Shown here: positions 9,888-19,000 of the stretch, one piece after another
How positions within the stretch are numbered: the first letter of the stretch is position 1
How the letters are laid out: the number at the start of each line of letters is the position of its first letter
NCBI GenBank assembly: GCA_048881705.1
Contig: JBHLSH010000005.1
Span: 19,417-83,416, forward strand
Origin: Candidatus Heimdallarchaeota archaeon
Lineage (GTDB): Archaea > Asgardarchaeota > Heimdallarchaeia > Hodarchaeales > Hodarchaeaceae
Length of the DNA stretch: 64,000 nucleotides
Direction: 5' to 3'
The notes under the pieces: model-generated
Told to the model about the DNA's origin: nothing
Database searches by the model: none
What the model saw: only the letters and a program-made list of their open reading frames with translations
Program-made: the position numbers and the translations under genes

Positions 9888-11147
9888 ATGGTAAAAAGAA
9901 TTAGCCTTTCGAAATTGCAGCAATCATTGAAGCAAAATCCGCAATTCATCTTACTTGATGTCCGAACCTATCAGGAATATCGAACTGGACACATCCCTGG
10001 AGCCAAATCTGTCCCATTACACGAAATCAGCCGAAACGCAGAGAATTTTCCTCAAGATAAGGAAATTGTGGTTTACTGCCAAAATGGACCGTGTTCGATG
10101 TCGATGAAAGCTGCTTTCGAACTAAAAAAGCTTGGATTTCAAAATATAGCTAAGCTCGAAGGTGGATATGATGAATGGAACATTAACGGTTATCCTATCG
10201 AAAGCGACCAGAAACAACTACAAATATCTCGTGCCTTATCTTATAGACCAATTGATGCTCCAAATCTGGATGCAGTGAAAAACCTCCATCAATCATTTTC
10301 GAAGGATTTTATTCCCTCTGACAAAGTTACAGACTTTCTCGAAGACCTTTCTCCAATCCATACGTTTGAATATTCTCATATAAAACGAAAAGATTCCAAA
10401 TTATCGCTCGGATATGAAATCAAAACTGTAGATGATATTAACGCCATTTATCTAATGGTTAATCCCGATCCACGTAATATTGCAACGGTTCCAAGCAATA
10501 GCCTGGTTATTTCCCATCATAAAATTAGTTGTTATGATAATTGGATATATGCGGGGATGCTTGATCAAGCACGAGATAATCAGTTTAATATTTATAACTT
10601 TCATTTGGCTTGGGATACGATGGTAGACGGTATTGGGGATTCTTTTTTGTTCCATCTCGAGATTCCGAGAGAACAGATCCGAAAAGTTGACCTAACTTAT
10701 AAAGGAGTAAATATTCCAAGATTAGGATCAATTCTTGAATCTACAGTCCCTCTAGAAGAACTCATAACGCGTATGAATGCACTGAATGTAAATCCTTCAG
10801 TCATCGTGAATCCGAAATGTCAAAATGCAACAATCGGGTATGTACCCGGGGGAGGTTTTGTGGACAAAATGATTATTCAAATGGCGGACTATGGGGTCGA
10901 TGTCCTGATTAGTAGCGATCCAAATTGGGTGGTCGAAATCATTGCTCGGGAGCTTGGGATGACCCTAGTTGTCATTGATCACTATAAAAGCGAACGATAT
11001 GGTTTGCAGGCAATGCAACAAATCCTGAACGAAGCTTTTCAGGAAACACCCACCATCATCTTGGAAAATTTAGATTCTATTCAGTGTCCTCCAGACGATT
11101 GTCCTTGTTGTGTTGAAGGGCAGATACAAAGCGTACCTGTAAAATAG
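9888..11147 (+). CDS. Rhodanese domain fused to a NIF3-like (DUF34) dinuclear metal-centre domain
   Basis: N-terminal LLDVRTYQEY..GHIPGA, VVYCQNG, LEGGYDEW; C-terminal HHK, FHLAWD, PGGG, DVLISSD, IDHYKSE. Start moved to the ATG at 9888. Confidence 0.75.
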   Translation: MVKRISLSKLQQSLKQNPQFILLDVRTYQEYRTGHIPGAKSVPLHEISRNAENFPQDKEIVVYCQNGPCSMSMKAAFELKKLGFQNIAKLEGGYDEWNINGYPIESDQKQLQISRALSYRPIDAPNLDAVKNLHQSFSKDFIPSDKVTDFLEDLSPIHTFEYSHIKRKDSKLSLGYEIKTVDDINAIYLMVNPDPRNIATVPSNSLVISHHKISCYDNWIYAGMLDQARDNQFNIYNFHLAWDTMVDGIGDSFLFHLEIPREQIRKVDLTYKGVNIPRLGSILESTVPLEELITRMNALNVNPSVIVNPKCQNATIGYVPGGGFVDKMIIQMADYGVDVLISSDPNWVVEIIARELGMTLVVIDHYKSERYGLQAMQQILNEAFQETPTIILENLDSIQCPPDDCPCCVEGQIQSVPVK

Positions 11148-11203
11148 TAAGGAATTTAGAACAGATGAGCCTGAAAGGGACTCTCCTGGCTCTGCTATCA
11201 AAA

Positions 11204-11725
11204 TCAATCCTTGTAATGCCCGTGTAGGAGTTCAAGCGTTTTCTCATGCGATAACTTTAATACATCAATTAGCTCACAAAACTTCGTGATCATTGACGCT
11301 AGCTCTTGATTGCGAGTATTGCTTTCTCTTGGGATATTCTCAAAGATCTTGAGGAGATCGGCCTTGAGAGAAGCGTCTTGGGCCATACTCTGTGTGATTC
11401 TATCGACCGTTAATTCCTTGAAGTTTCCCTTTACAAAGTATTTCCTTTCAGCTCTAGCGTTTTCATTGTCTTCTAACATGTATTTACAAAATCGAAGTTC
11501 TAAGAGAAAATCAAGTACTCGCGAGACGGAGCTTTTCGATTTTCCAATTAAGGCGGCAATTTCCTTTTGGGATAGTCCTCTTTCTGGCGAAGGGGCCCTT
11601 AAGAATATAAGGCCAAACACCTGGCCCAACGTTTCGGATCTACCCTTTAATTCATAAAATTTGCTAAATGAATTTATGAAATCTTTTTCATATTGGTTTA
11701 GTTTATTGTATTTGAGCGATACCAC
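11204..11725 (-). CDS. GbsR/MarR-type winged-helix transcriptional regulator
   Basis: GQVFGLIFL, LSQKEIAALIGKSKSSVSRVL HTH, RKYF wing. Confidence 0.8.
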   Translation of the reverse strand: MVSLKYNKLNQYEKDFINSFSKFYELKGRSETLGQVFGLIFLRAPSPERGLSQKEIAALIGKSKSSVSRVLDFLLELRFCKYMLEDNENARAERKYFVKGNFKELTVDRITQSMAQDASLKADLLKIFENIPRESNTRNQELASMITKFCELIDVLKLSHEKTLELLHGHYKD

Positions 11726-11898
11726 AAGTTATCCCTCGTAATTTTGACTTTCACACTGTTCCAGGTCTATATTATTGGGTAGAAATGCATGCAGAACCTT
11801 TTTAAACTTTTTCAAAATCGAGAAACTGAATTGCATTAATCTAAGAATGAGTCCTATCATTCTGAAACTTTGTCAATAAGGGCTTCATGTGATGAAAA

Positions 11899-12513
11899 AT
11901 GGACCAACCTAAGATCTTAATAGCATATGGGAGTCGATATGGATGTACCGAAGAAATTTCAATTAAAATCGCAGATTTTTTACAAGAAAAGGAGCTCCTA
12001 ACAGCTAAAGTAGTGAATCTAAGAACCACACCTGAGGAGTTTTGGCCCATACCAGATGATTATCAGGGAGTTTTACTTGGGACTGGAATCCGAATTGGAA
12101 AGTGGACAACGGAGGTGGAGTCTTTTCTTAACAGAGTAAAAAGCTCATATTTTACCGAAAAAGGTGTCATTGGGTTCTTCATAAGCTGCGGTTATGCTGC
12201 GGATCCGAAACATTATCCAATAGCAGTACGGACTTTCCTTGAGAAAAAATTTAATGAGATGGCAATTCAACCCGATATCTACGAAGCATTCGGCGGGATT
12301 TTCGATTTTTCATCATCCTCAAGGATTAAGAGTATTGACAAACAGATTCTGAAATGGGGGTCTCGGGATCTACATTTAGAGATCGATTATGGCAATTATA
12401 ATGATTATCGAAATTGGGGACGTATTTTCGATTTCAGTCATTCCTTTGCAGAATTGGCAAGGAAGTCCATTATAACACGGAACCAAAAGCACTCGCTCGT
12501 TCATTCCAATTAG
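11899..12513 (+). CDS. Flavodoxin-domain protein (HemG/Flavodoxin_5-like)
   Basis: ILIAYGSRYGCTEEI FMN loop, GVLLGTGIRIGKW, FGG, DYRNW. Confidence 0.8.
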   Translation: MDQPKILIAYGSRYGCTEEISIKIADFLQEKELLTAKVVNLRTTPEEFWPIPDDYQGVLLGTGIRIGKWTTEVESFLNRVKSSYFTEKGVIGFFISCGYAADPKHYPIAVRTFLEKKFNEMAIQPDIYEAFGGIFDFSSSSRIKSIDKQILKWGSRDLHLEIDYGNYNDYRNWGRIFDFSHSFAELARKSIITRNQKHSLVHSN

Positions 12514-12697
12514 GTCAGCTAAATGACGCGGAAGTTTTCTTTAATCTTGTGCGATGTCGTTCTCCATCAATGCGGTAATTTCAGGTATAAAACAAACTAT
12601 GGCTTCTAAAAAAAATGCAGACAAAACTGAGTTTGATTCCCACACTATGTTCTAGGGATAAAAAAAGGATCGTAACCCCCTCCTCAAACTGCGGAAC

Positions 12698-12967
12698 CTA
12701 AATTGTAACTGGGGTGATAGAAACCACTTCAGGGATTACCGCTTTAAGACGTTCAAGAATCCCCCTCTGAAGGGTGATCGATTGTATCCCACACCCTATA
12801 CATGCTCCTTCCATGTACACCTGAACGTCTCCGGTTTCTTCGTCAAAATTGACGAAAGTGATTCCACCACCGTGCATTCTCAGATATGCACTCATATCCT
12901 CTAAGACACGTTCAATTTTTTCGTCCATAGGAAGTTCTTCAAATGGTAATTCTGGTTTTGTGCTCAT
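12698..12967 (-). CDS. NifU C-terminal (Nfu-type) Fe-S carrier
   Basis: LRMHGGGI, VYMEGACIGC (CxxC), TLQRGILERLK; last gene of the suf run. Confidence 0.9.
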   Translation of the reverse strand: MSTKPELPFEELPMDEKIERVLEDMSAYLRMHGGGITFVNFDEETGDVQVYMEGACIGCGIQSITLQRGILERLKAVIPEVVSITPVTI

Positions 12968-13004
12968 GTTATTTCCTTTCCTTTCTTTATAATGTCTTAT
13001 TGAA

Positions 13005-13766
13005 TCAAGCAACGGCAAATTTTTCTATGTAAGGTTCATATCCTTTGTCTTCTAGTTGTAAAGCCAGTTCCGGGCCTCCTGATTTTACGATCCGTCCATC
13101 GACAAATACGTGCACATAATCCGGTTTGATCCATTCCAATATACGCTGGTAATGGGTAATAATAAGAACACCAACACCTTCCTCCTCTCTGAGTTTGTTT
13201 ACCCCGTAGGCGACCACTTTAAGAGCGTCAATGTCTAGCCCAGAATCGGGTTCATCTAGGATCGCGATTTCAGGTTTCAGGAGCAACATCTGAAGAATTT
13301 CATTTTTCTTCCGTTCTCCGCCGCTGAATCCTTCATTCACGTAACGATTTATAAATCCAGAGCTCATATCAAGCTCCTTTAGAACACGCCGCGTCTCCTT
13401 GATTAGTTTTGGAGCTGAGGGCGCCTTTCCCGTCCTTCCTTTAATGGCCGCTAACAAGAAGCTCAATGTGTTCAAACCACTGATCGCATGCGGATGTTGA
13501 AATCCAAGATATAAGCCTAGATTTGCACGTTCATCAGTGGATAACTCCAAGAGATCTTTTCCCTTATAAGTAAGAGAGCCCTGGTTTATCTCGTATTTTG
13601 GATGGCCCATTATCGCCAGTGCGAGCGTACTTTTCCCCGATCCGTTGGGTCCCATCATCGCATGAGTTTCACCTTTATGCACTTTGAGGTTCAGCCCTTT
13701 GATGATCTTTTTCCCTTCCACAGACACGTGAAGGTTCTTAATCTCTAAAAAGATATCTTCTGACAT
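13005..13766 (-). CDS. sufC: Fe-S cluster assembly ATPase SufC
   Basis: MGPNGSGKST, VNEGFSGGERKK, ILDEPDSGLDIDAL, ITHYQRIL. Confidence 0.97.
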   Translation of the reverse strand: MSEDIFLEIKNLHVSVEGKKIIKGLNLKVHKGETHAMMGPNGSGKSTLALAIMGHPKYEINQGSLTYKGKDLLELSTDERANLGLYLGFQHPHAISGLNTLSFLLAAIKGRTGKAPSAPKLIKETRRVLKELDMSSGFINRYVNEGFSGGERKKNEILQMLLLKPEIAILDEPDSGLDIDALKVVAYGVNKLREEEGVGVLIITHYQRILEWIKPDYVHVFVDGRIVKSGGPELALQLEDKGYEPYIEKFAVA

Positions 13767-13790
13767 ATTGATTTCGTCCGTATTACAAGA

Positions 13791-14213
13791 TTATGTTCCA
13801 TTCTTTTCTTTTAACGCGCTAATAGCTCCCTTACGCCCATACTCAGAATAAAGATTTGCTCCTGCTTTAACTATATGCAATCCTAAAATTGCGCATTTCG
13901 TTCTCGTCGGTGTAATTTGTATTCCTAGCAGATCTAACATGAACTGATTGTCCAGTTTCTGTATCTCTTCTAATGTCATTTCCTCTAGAGCTTCGGCTAA
14001 GATATCAGCAGACGCTAAGGAAATTGTACATCCCCGGCCTTCGTAAGAAACTTCTTCTACTTTTTGATCTGGTCCTATGCGGATATAAAATGTAAGTTTA
14101 TCCCCGCACGAAATGTTTTCGTCACCATGGGCAATATCGGGGTTTTCAAGAATGCCTCGGTACTGTGGATTCTTGAACCGATCTATAATGATCTGCCGAT
14201 ACATTTGACTCAT
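13791..14213 (-). CDS. sufU: SufU/IscU-type scaffold or sulfur-transfer protein
   Basis: NISCGD, GRGCTISLASA, RTKCAIL (three conserved Cys). Confidence 0.92.
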   Translation of the reverse strand: MSQMYRQIIIDRFKNPQYRGILENPDIAHGDENISCGDKLTFYIRIGPDQKVEEVSYEGRGCTISLASADILAEALEEMTLEEIQKLDNQFMLDLLGIQITPTRTKCAILGLHIVKAGANLYSEYGRKGAISALKEKNGT

Positions 14214-14232
14214 CTGACGTTTTCCTCCATCG

Positions 14233-15495
14233 TTATAGGTCGAAGAGTTCTTTAATTTCGTTTAATCCTTCTATCAGACGATCAATATCTGCACGCGAAT
14301 TATAAATGTAGAAACTGGCTCTGGTGGTTGCTGCCAAATCCATACAGGCTAGCAGAGGATGAGCACAGTGCTGTCCAGCTCGGACGCAAATGCCGTGTTC
14401 ATCCAGGATCGAAGCGACATCATGACTATGAACTTCTTTAACGTTGAATGATACCACGCCAGCTCTCCTAACGGGTGGAGGACCATATGATTCAATGAAA
14501 TCAAGCTCTGCAAATCTATTTAGACAGTAGTTTAGGAGATCTTGTTCAATCTTGTGAACTCGTTCCATCCCTATGTTTTCAAGATAATCGATCGCGGCTC
14601 CGAATCCAATTCCACCTGCAATATTGGATGTTCCTGCCTCAAACTTCCATGGTAGTTCGTTCCACTTAGACTGGTCTACCGTTACAGATGAAATCATATC
14701 ACCACCATATAGAAACGGCGGCATAGTTTCAAGGATATCCCTTTTTCCATATAATGCTCCGACTCCAGTAGGCCCAAGCATTTTATGAGCTGAAAATGCA
14801 AAAAAATCGGCATCTAGGTCCTTAACGTCAATATTTATGTGGGGCGCGCTTTGTGCGCCGTCGACTACTGCTACTGCTCCGTGGTCATGCGCAAGTTTAA
14901 CTAATTCTTTAACGGGAGTAATCGTACCGAGAACATTGCTGACATGGGTAATGGCAAATATCTTGGTTTGATCTGTGATCAGACGCTCTGCTTCGCCTAC
15001 TTCGATTTCGCCATAATCATTAACAGGAATTACCTTGAAATTCGCCCCCGTAAATCCAGCGAGCTGCTGCCAAGGTACAAAATTGCTATGGTGTTCTAAG
15101 TGACTAACAACAATCTCATCCTTCCTAGTGACATTATTCATGCCATACGAATACATGACTAGGTTGAGGGATTCTGTTGCATTTCGGGTAAAGACTACTT
15201 CTTCAAAATCTGCCTTGATAAAGTCTGCAACCTTTTTATGAGCACCCTCATATTCGATTGTCGAACGTTCGCTAATTTCATAAATTCCTCGGTGAATGTT
15301 AGCATTATATTCTGCATAGTAGGCCTGAACAGCCTCAATAACTTGACGGGGCCTTTGTGAACTTGCCGCGCTGTCCAGATAGACCAGGCGCTTGCCATTC
15401 CTGCGTGAATTCTTTAGAAGAGGAAAATCATCCAAGATACAATTATGGAATTCTGAAGAATCCGATTCGCTGCTGGAATATTGAAGATCACTCAA
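14233..15495 (-). CDS. sufS: Cysteine desulfurase, SufS type
   Basis: YLDSAASSQ, EHHSN, VDGAQS, FSAHKMLGPTG (PLP Lys), RAGQHCA (group II catalytic Cys). Confidence 0.97.
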   Translation of the reverse strand: MSDLQYSSSESDSSEFHNCILDDFPLLKNSRRNGKRLVYLDSAASSQRPRQVIEAVQAYYAEYNANIHRGIYEISERSTIEYEGAHKKVADFIKADFEEVVFTRNATESLNLVMYSYGMNNVTRKDEIVVSHLEHHSNFVPWQQLAGFTGANFKVIPVNDYGEIEVGEAERLITDQTKIFAITHVSNVLGTITPVKELVKLAHDHGAVAVVDGAQSAPHINIDVKDLDADFFAFSAHKMLGPTGVGALYGKRDILETMPPFLYGGDMISSVTVDQSKWNELPWKFEAGTSNIAGGIGFGAAIDYLENIGMERVHKIEQDLLNYCLNRFAELDFIESYGPPPVRRAGVVSFNVKEVHSHDVASILDEHGICVRAGQHCAHPLLACMDLAATTRASFYIYNSRADIDRLIEGLNEIKELFDL

Positions 15496-15838
15496 CTTTT
15501 AGAAACACCTCGTTGTTACGAACGATCACTGGATAAACAGGCAACGGGTTTATTGCAGGAGGTTGGATTACCTCGCCGGTCGTCATGTCAAATGTCGCTA
15601 AATGGTTCTTGCATGTCACATATTCATCTTGAAATATGCCTTGTTCGGTCAAATCCACTGCCTTATGGGTGCAGAATGCAGATGTTGCATAAATCTGATT
15701 TTCGATCTTTCGTACCATGATCTTACTCTTAGTGTCATCTACCACGACCGAAATCACCTTACCATCTGAGAGATCATCCACGGTACACACACGCACTTCC
15801 ATTGGCTTAACCAATTGTTTTGGGCTTCTGAGTATCAT
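15488..15838 (-). CDS. Rieske [2Fe-2S] ferredoxin
   Basis: FCTH and CKNH ligand boxes, FDMTTG, PPA..PL..YPV. Confidence 0.9.
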   Translation of the reverse strand: MILRSPKQLVKPMEVRVCTVDDLSDGKVISVVVDDTKSKIMVRKIENQIYATSAFCTHKAVDLTEQGIFQDEYVTCKNHLATFDMTTGEVIQPPAINPLPVYPVIVRNNEVFLKVE

Positions 15839-17250
15839 TATTCATCAATACTATAAAAAGCCCCATAGGTCTCTAGATCTTTCGATTGAGGTAATCCTTT
15901 GAATTGCCAGCCGTAAGCTCTTTCCTGGTGCCACTTTTCAAGGGCTGCTTGCCGTATAAGGTGAGATATACGTTTTTCCCCAAACTTAGACAAGATCGGT
16001 TCCAAATAGCTCAATAAAACCAATCTGCGTGCCCTAGATTCCGGAATTCCGCGTGATAAAAGGTAAAAAATCTGTTCTTCATCCACCTGACTTACAGTTG
16101 CCGCATGAGCGGCCCGTACCTCGTTATTATCGATAGCCAAGGCGGGCACAGCATTAAATTGCCCCTTATCTTGCAACAATCCCTCCGCTTTAAGCCAAGA
16201 GTCGGCATTTTTTCCTTTGGCTTCGATATGAATCAAACCTCGCAAGGTACTCTCTGCTCGATCCCGCATAATACATCGAGCGTTGGTGGCCCCGATCGTG
16301 CTTTCAGCTTGGTGAGTAAGCTGGGATTTGATATCGAATCGTTGGCGTTCGGTGCCGTGCATCGTGTATAAATCGTGTGCATCACACCCAGAACCACTTA
16401 GAAACAATTCATTGGACATTCGCGTGAATGCACTTCCTTGAAGGTGACAAAGCGATTCAAACTTCCCGCTCGGTTTAAAACCTACTCGTCTACTCACAAA
16501 AAGGCCCGCTGATAATGCCAGATTTTGAAGTTGCCCCATCTTTACTTGAGCATTTGCTCCGACATGAACTTCTTCTACGAGACTTAGCAGATGTGGGGTT
16601 TTTACTATCTGGTCGGAATAAAGTTCTTCGATTAAACTGATTGAACTATTCGATTCAGTGTAGATTAGAAGTTCGGAAAACATTCCAGCAGATGGCGCAT
16701 CGTGAATCACCAGTCGCCTGATTGGGTTTTCCAAGATAACGTTTTTTGGGACATAAAGTAGAGTTCTATTCGTAGCTAGTGCGCCATTTAGAGCTGCAAG
16801 TTTATCGTCATGTTTTCCATACAACCGTTTGTTTAACAGCGGTGAAACTGTCTCATAGCTGTTTTTTATGGCTTCTTTGAGTTCAGTGAGAATTATTCCA
16901 CCATCAAGAGCAGCTTTGGATAAATAAACATTTTTAACTCCAGCACTTGTCTCTATAATCAAAGCAGAGGTGTCTCGTTTCAAAATGTCTAATCTCTGTT
17001 TAATCTCAGCGGGAATAGGCGTTGATTTCAAGGATGGGATGGAAGGCCTCAATTGCGTGAAATCGAGTCCTGTGAATTTTGTGTATTTGTAGAATAGAGT
17101 ATCTCTATCTACTGGTAGGCTTTGATAGGCCTTGAATGCGTTCTTTCGGTACTGAAGGAAAGACTTTGGTTCCTCACGACTCTCTGCGATAGAGAGAGGG
17201 GTGGTTCCATCTACTTCAGCCAATTGAATCTCTTGCACTTGGCTGGACAT
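15838..17250 (-). CDS. sufD: Fe-S cluster assembly protein SufD
   Basis: Beta-helix repeats, PALAIDNNEVRAAHAATV, FYLLSRGI; downstream of sufB. Confidence 0.92.
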   Translation of the reverse strand: MSSQVQEIQLAEVDGTTPLSIAESREEPKSFLQYRKNAFKAYQSLPVDRDTLFYKYTKFTGLDFTQLRPSIPSLKSTPIPAEIKQRLDILKRDTSALIIETSAGVKNVYLSKAALDGGIILTELKEAIKNSYETVSPLLNKRLYGKHDDKLAALNGALATNRTLLYVPKNVILENPIRRLVIHDAPSAGMFSELLIYTESNSSISLIEELYSDQIVKTPHLLSLVEEVHVGANAQVKMGQLQNLALSAGLFVSRRVGFKPSGKFESLCHLQGSAFTRMSNELFLSGSGCDAHDLYTMHGTERQRFDIKSQLTHQAESTIGATNARCIMRDRAESTLRGLIHIEAKGKNADSWLKAEGLLQDKGQFNAVPALAIDNNEVRAAHAATVSQVDEEQIFYLLSRGIPESRARRLVLLSYLEPILSKFGEKRISHLIRQAALEKWHQERAYGWQFKGLPQSKDLETYGAFYSIDE

Positions 17251-17263
17251 CGTTTCCCTGTCC

Positions 17264-18658
17264 TTACCCTACGCTACCTTCCATTTGAAGTTGAACCAGT
17301 CTATTGAGTTCTACAGCGTAGTCCATTGGTAATTCTTTGACGAATGGCTCAAAGAATCCCATAACGATCATACTGAGGGCATCATTCTCATTAATGCCTC
17401 GAGACATGAGGTAGAAAAGCTGATCCTCTCCTATCTTACCGACGGTTGCTTCGTGACTAATGGTCGCATCTTCTCGATTTGTTTCGATATATGGGAATGT
17501 ATCAGAGGTACTCTCCTCGTTCAAAAGCAGGGCGTCACATACAACGTTGGATGATATATTCTTCGCCGTAGGGGATACTCTAACAAGACCCCGATAGGTA
17601 GTCTTGCCTGATCCTCGGGAAATGGACTTATTGATGATTCGAGATTTTGTATCGGGTGCAAGATGGATCATCTTGGCCCCAGCATCTTGATGTTGACCCG
17701 TTCCTGCATAAGCCACAGAAATAACCTCGCCGCGAGCACCCTGGCCCATCAAGTAAATAGAGGGATATTTCATTGTAAGTTTGCTGCCGAGATTTCCGTC
17801 AATCCATTCTATGTGCGCGTTTTTATACGCAAACCCACGTTTCGTTACCAGATTATAGACATTATTCGACCAATTCTGAATGGTTGTATATCGGATCCTT
17901 GCGTCTTCCATTGCGATTAATTCAACCACGGCAGAGTGTAAGGAATCCGTACTATAAATTGGGGCAGTACATCCCTCCACATAATGTACATCTGCGCCTT
18001 TTTCTGCAATAATCAGAGTCCGTTCAAATTGGCCAACGTTTTTGGCATTAATCCGGAAATAAGCCTGGAGAGGAACATCTACTTTAGTATTGCGTGGCAC
18101 TAGGATAAAAGAGCCTCCGCTCCACACTGCACTGTTTAATGATGCGAATTTATTGTCGTCCTTGGGAACTACGGTCCCGAAGTATTCTAGGAACACGTCT
18201 TCATATTCCTTGAGCCCCGTGTCTGTGTCCAGGAACACCACTCCGAGCTTTTCTAGGTCTTCACGTAGTTTATGATAGACAACTTCTGAATCATACTGTG
18301 CTCCAAGTCCGGCCAGAAATTTACGTTCGGCTTCAGGAACACCCAATCTATCGAAAGTACTCTTAATTGCATCAGGGACGTCATCCCAGGTTTTTTCGGC
18401 ATGATCAGTATAGCGTACATAGTAGGTGAGATCATTAAAATCGATTTGTCCCAATTCGTCACCCCACCGCGGGAGGGGGGTGTCGGTGAAGTGTTTCAAG
18501 GATTCTAGCCGAAAATCGAGCATCCAACTCGGTTCATTCTTAATGCGAGAGATTTCACGGACAACTTTTTCCGTTAATCCTCTCTCAGTTCGAAATATAT
18601 CTTCCTCTGGATCAGCCCATCCAGCCGTATACTCCTTTTCAGGAATGTCTTTATACAT
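17264..18658 (-). CDS. sufB: Fe-S cluster assembly protein SufB
   Basis: [49 protein letters not shown]. Confidence 0.97.
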   Translation of the reverse strand: MYKDIPEKEYTAGWADPEEDIFRTERGLTEKVVREISRIKNEPSWMLDFRLESLKHFTDTPLPRWGDELGQIDFNDLTYYVRYTDHAEKTWDDVPDAIKSTFDRLGVPEAERKFLAGLGAQYDSEVVYHKLREDLEKLGVVFLDTDTGLKEYEDVFLEYFGTVVPKDDNKFASLNSAVWSGGSFILVPRNTKVDVPLQAYFRINAKNVGQFERTLIIAEKGADVHYVEGCTAPIYSTDSLHSAVVELIAMEDARIRYTTIQNWSNNVYNLVTKRGFAYKNAHIEWIDGNLGSKLTMKYPSIYLMGQGARGEVISVAYAGTGQHQDAGAKMIHLAPDTKSRIINKSISRGSGKTTYRGLVRVSPTAKNISSNVVCDALLLNEESTSDTFPYIETNREDATISHEATVGKIGEDQLFYLMSRGINENDALSMIVMGFFEPFVKELPMDYAVELNRLVQLQMEGSVG

Positions 18659-18771
18659 CTAATTAACCTTCTAAGACAGATAACTTTTTATTTTTTCGGA
18701 AGATAATGTACCTAACGAAATTAGTGCTTCCTCAGCGTTGAATTTGGGATATTCAAAGGTATAGTGGGAGC

Positions 18772-18836
18772 TAACAGCGTTTTAGCTGTTAATCTAGCAC
18801 AATGTTCGTAGTTCTTATCCAGTTAACAATTGTTAA
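18772..18836. promoter_or_regulatory. Two TAACA-Nx-TGTTA inverted repeats in the sufB/htpG divergent intergenic region
   Basis: TAACAGC-gtttta-GCTGTTA (18772-18791) and perfect palindrome TTAACAATTGTTAA (18823-18836). Confidence 0.4.
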
Positions 18837-19000
18837 TATCCCGTATTTAAAGTTAATTGTGTGAATACATGGTGTAAATTTCCGCGGAACTACCGATCAG
18901 AATTGGAAGCGTGGAGGAATTCATTACAATATGACCACGATTACTCGAATTACGGGAAGAAATCACTTGGTAAAAAACCATTCGATTGGAGAGGCAATTC

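Noticed and set aside
18715-18805. CIRCE heat-shock operator upstream of htpG
   Set aside because: Only partial half-sites (TTAGTGCT, CTAGCAC), without the TTAGCACTC-N9-GAGTGCTAA arrangement.
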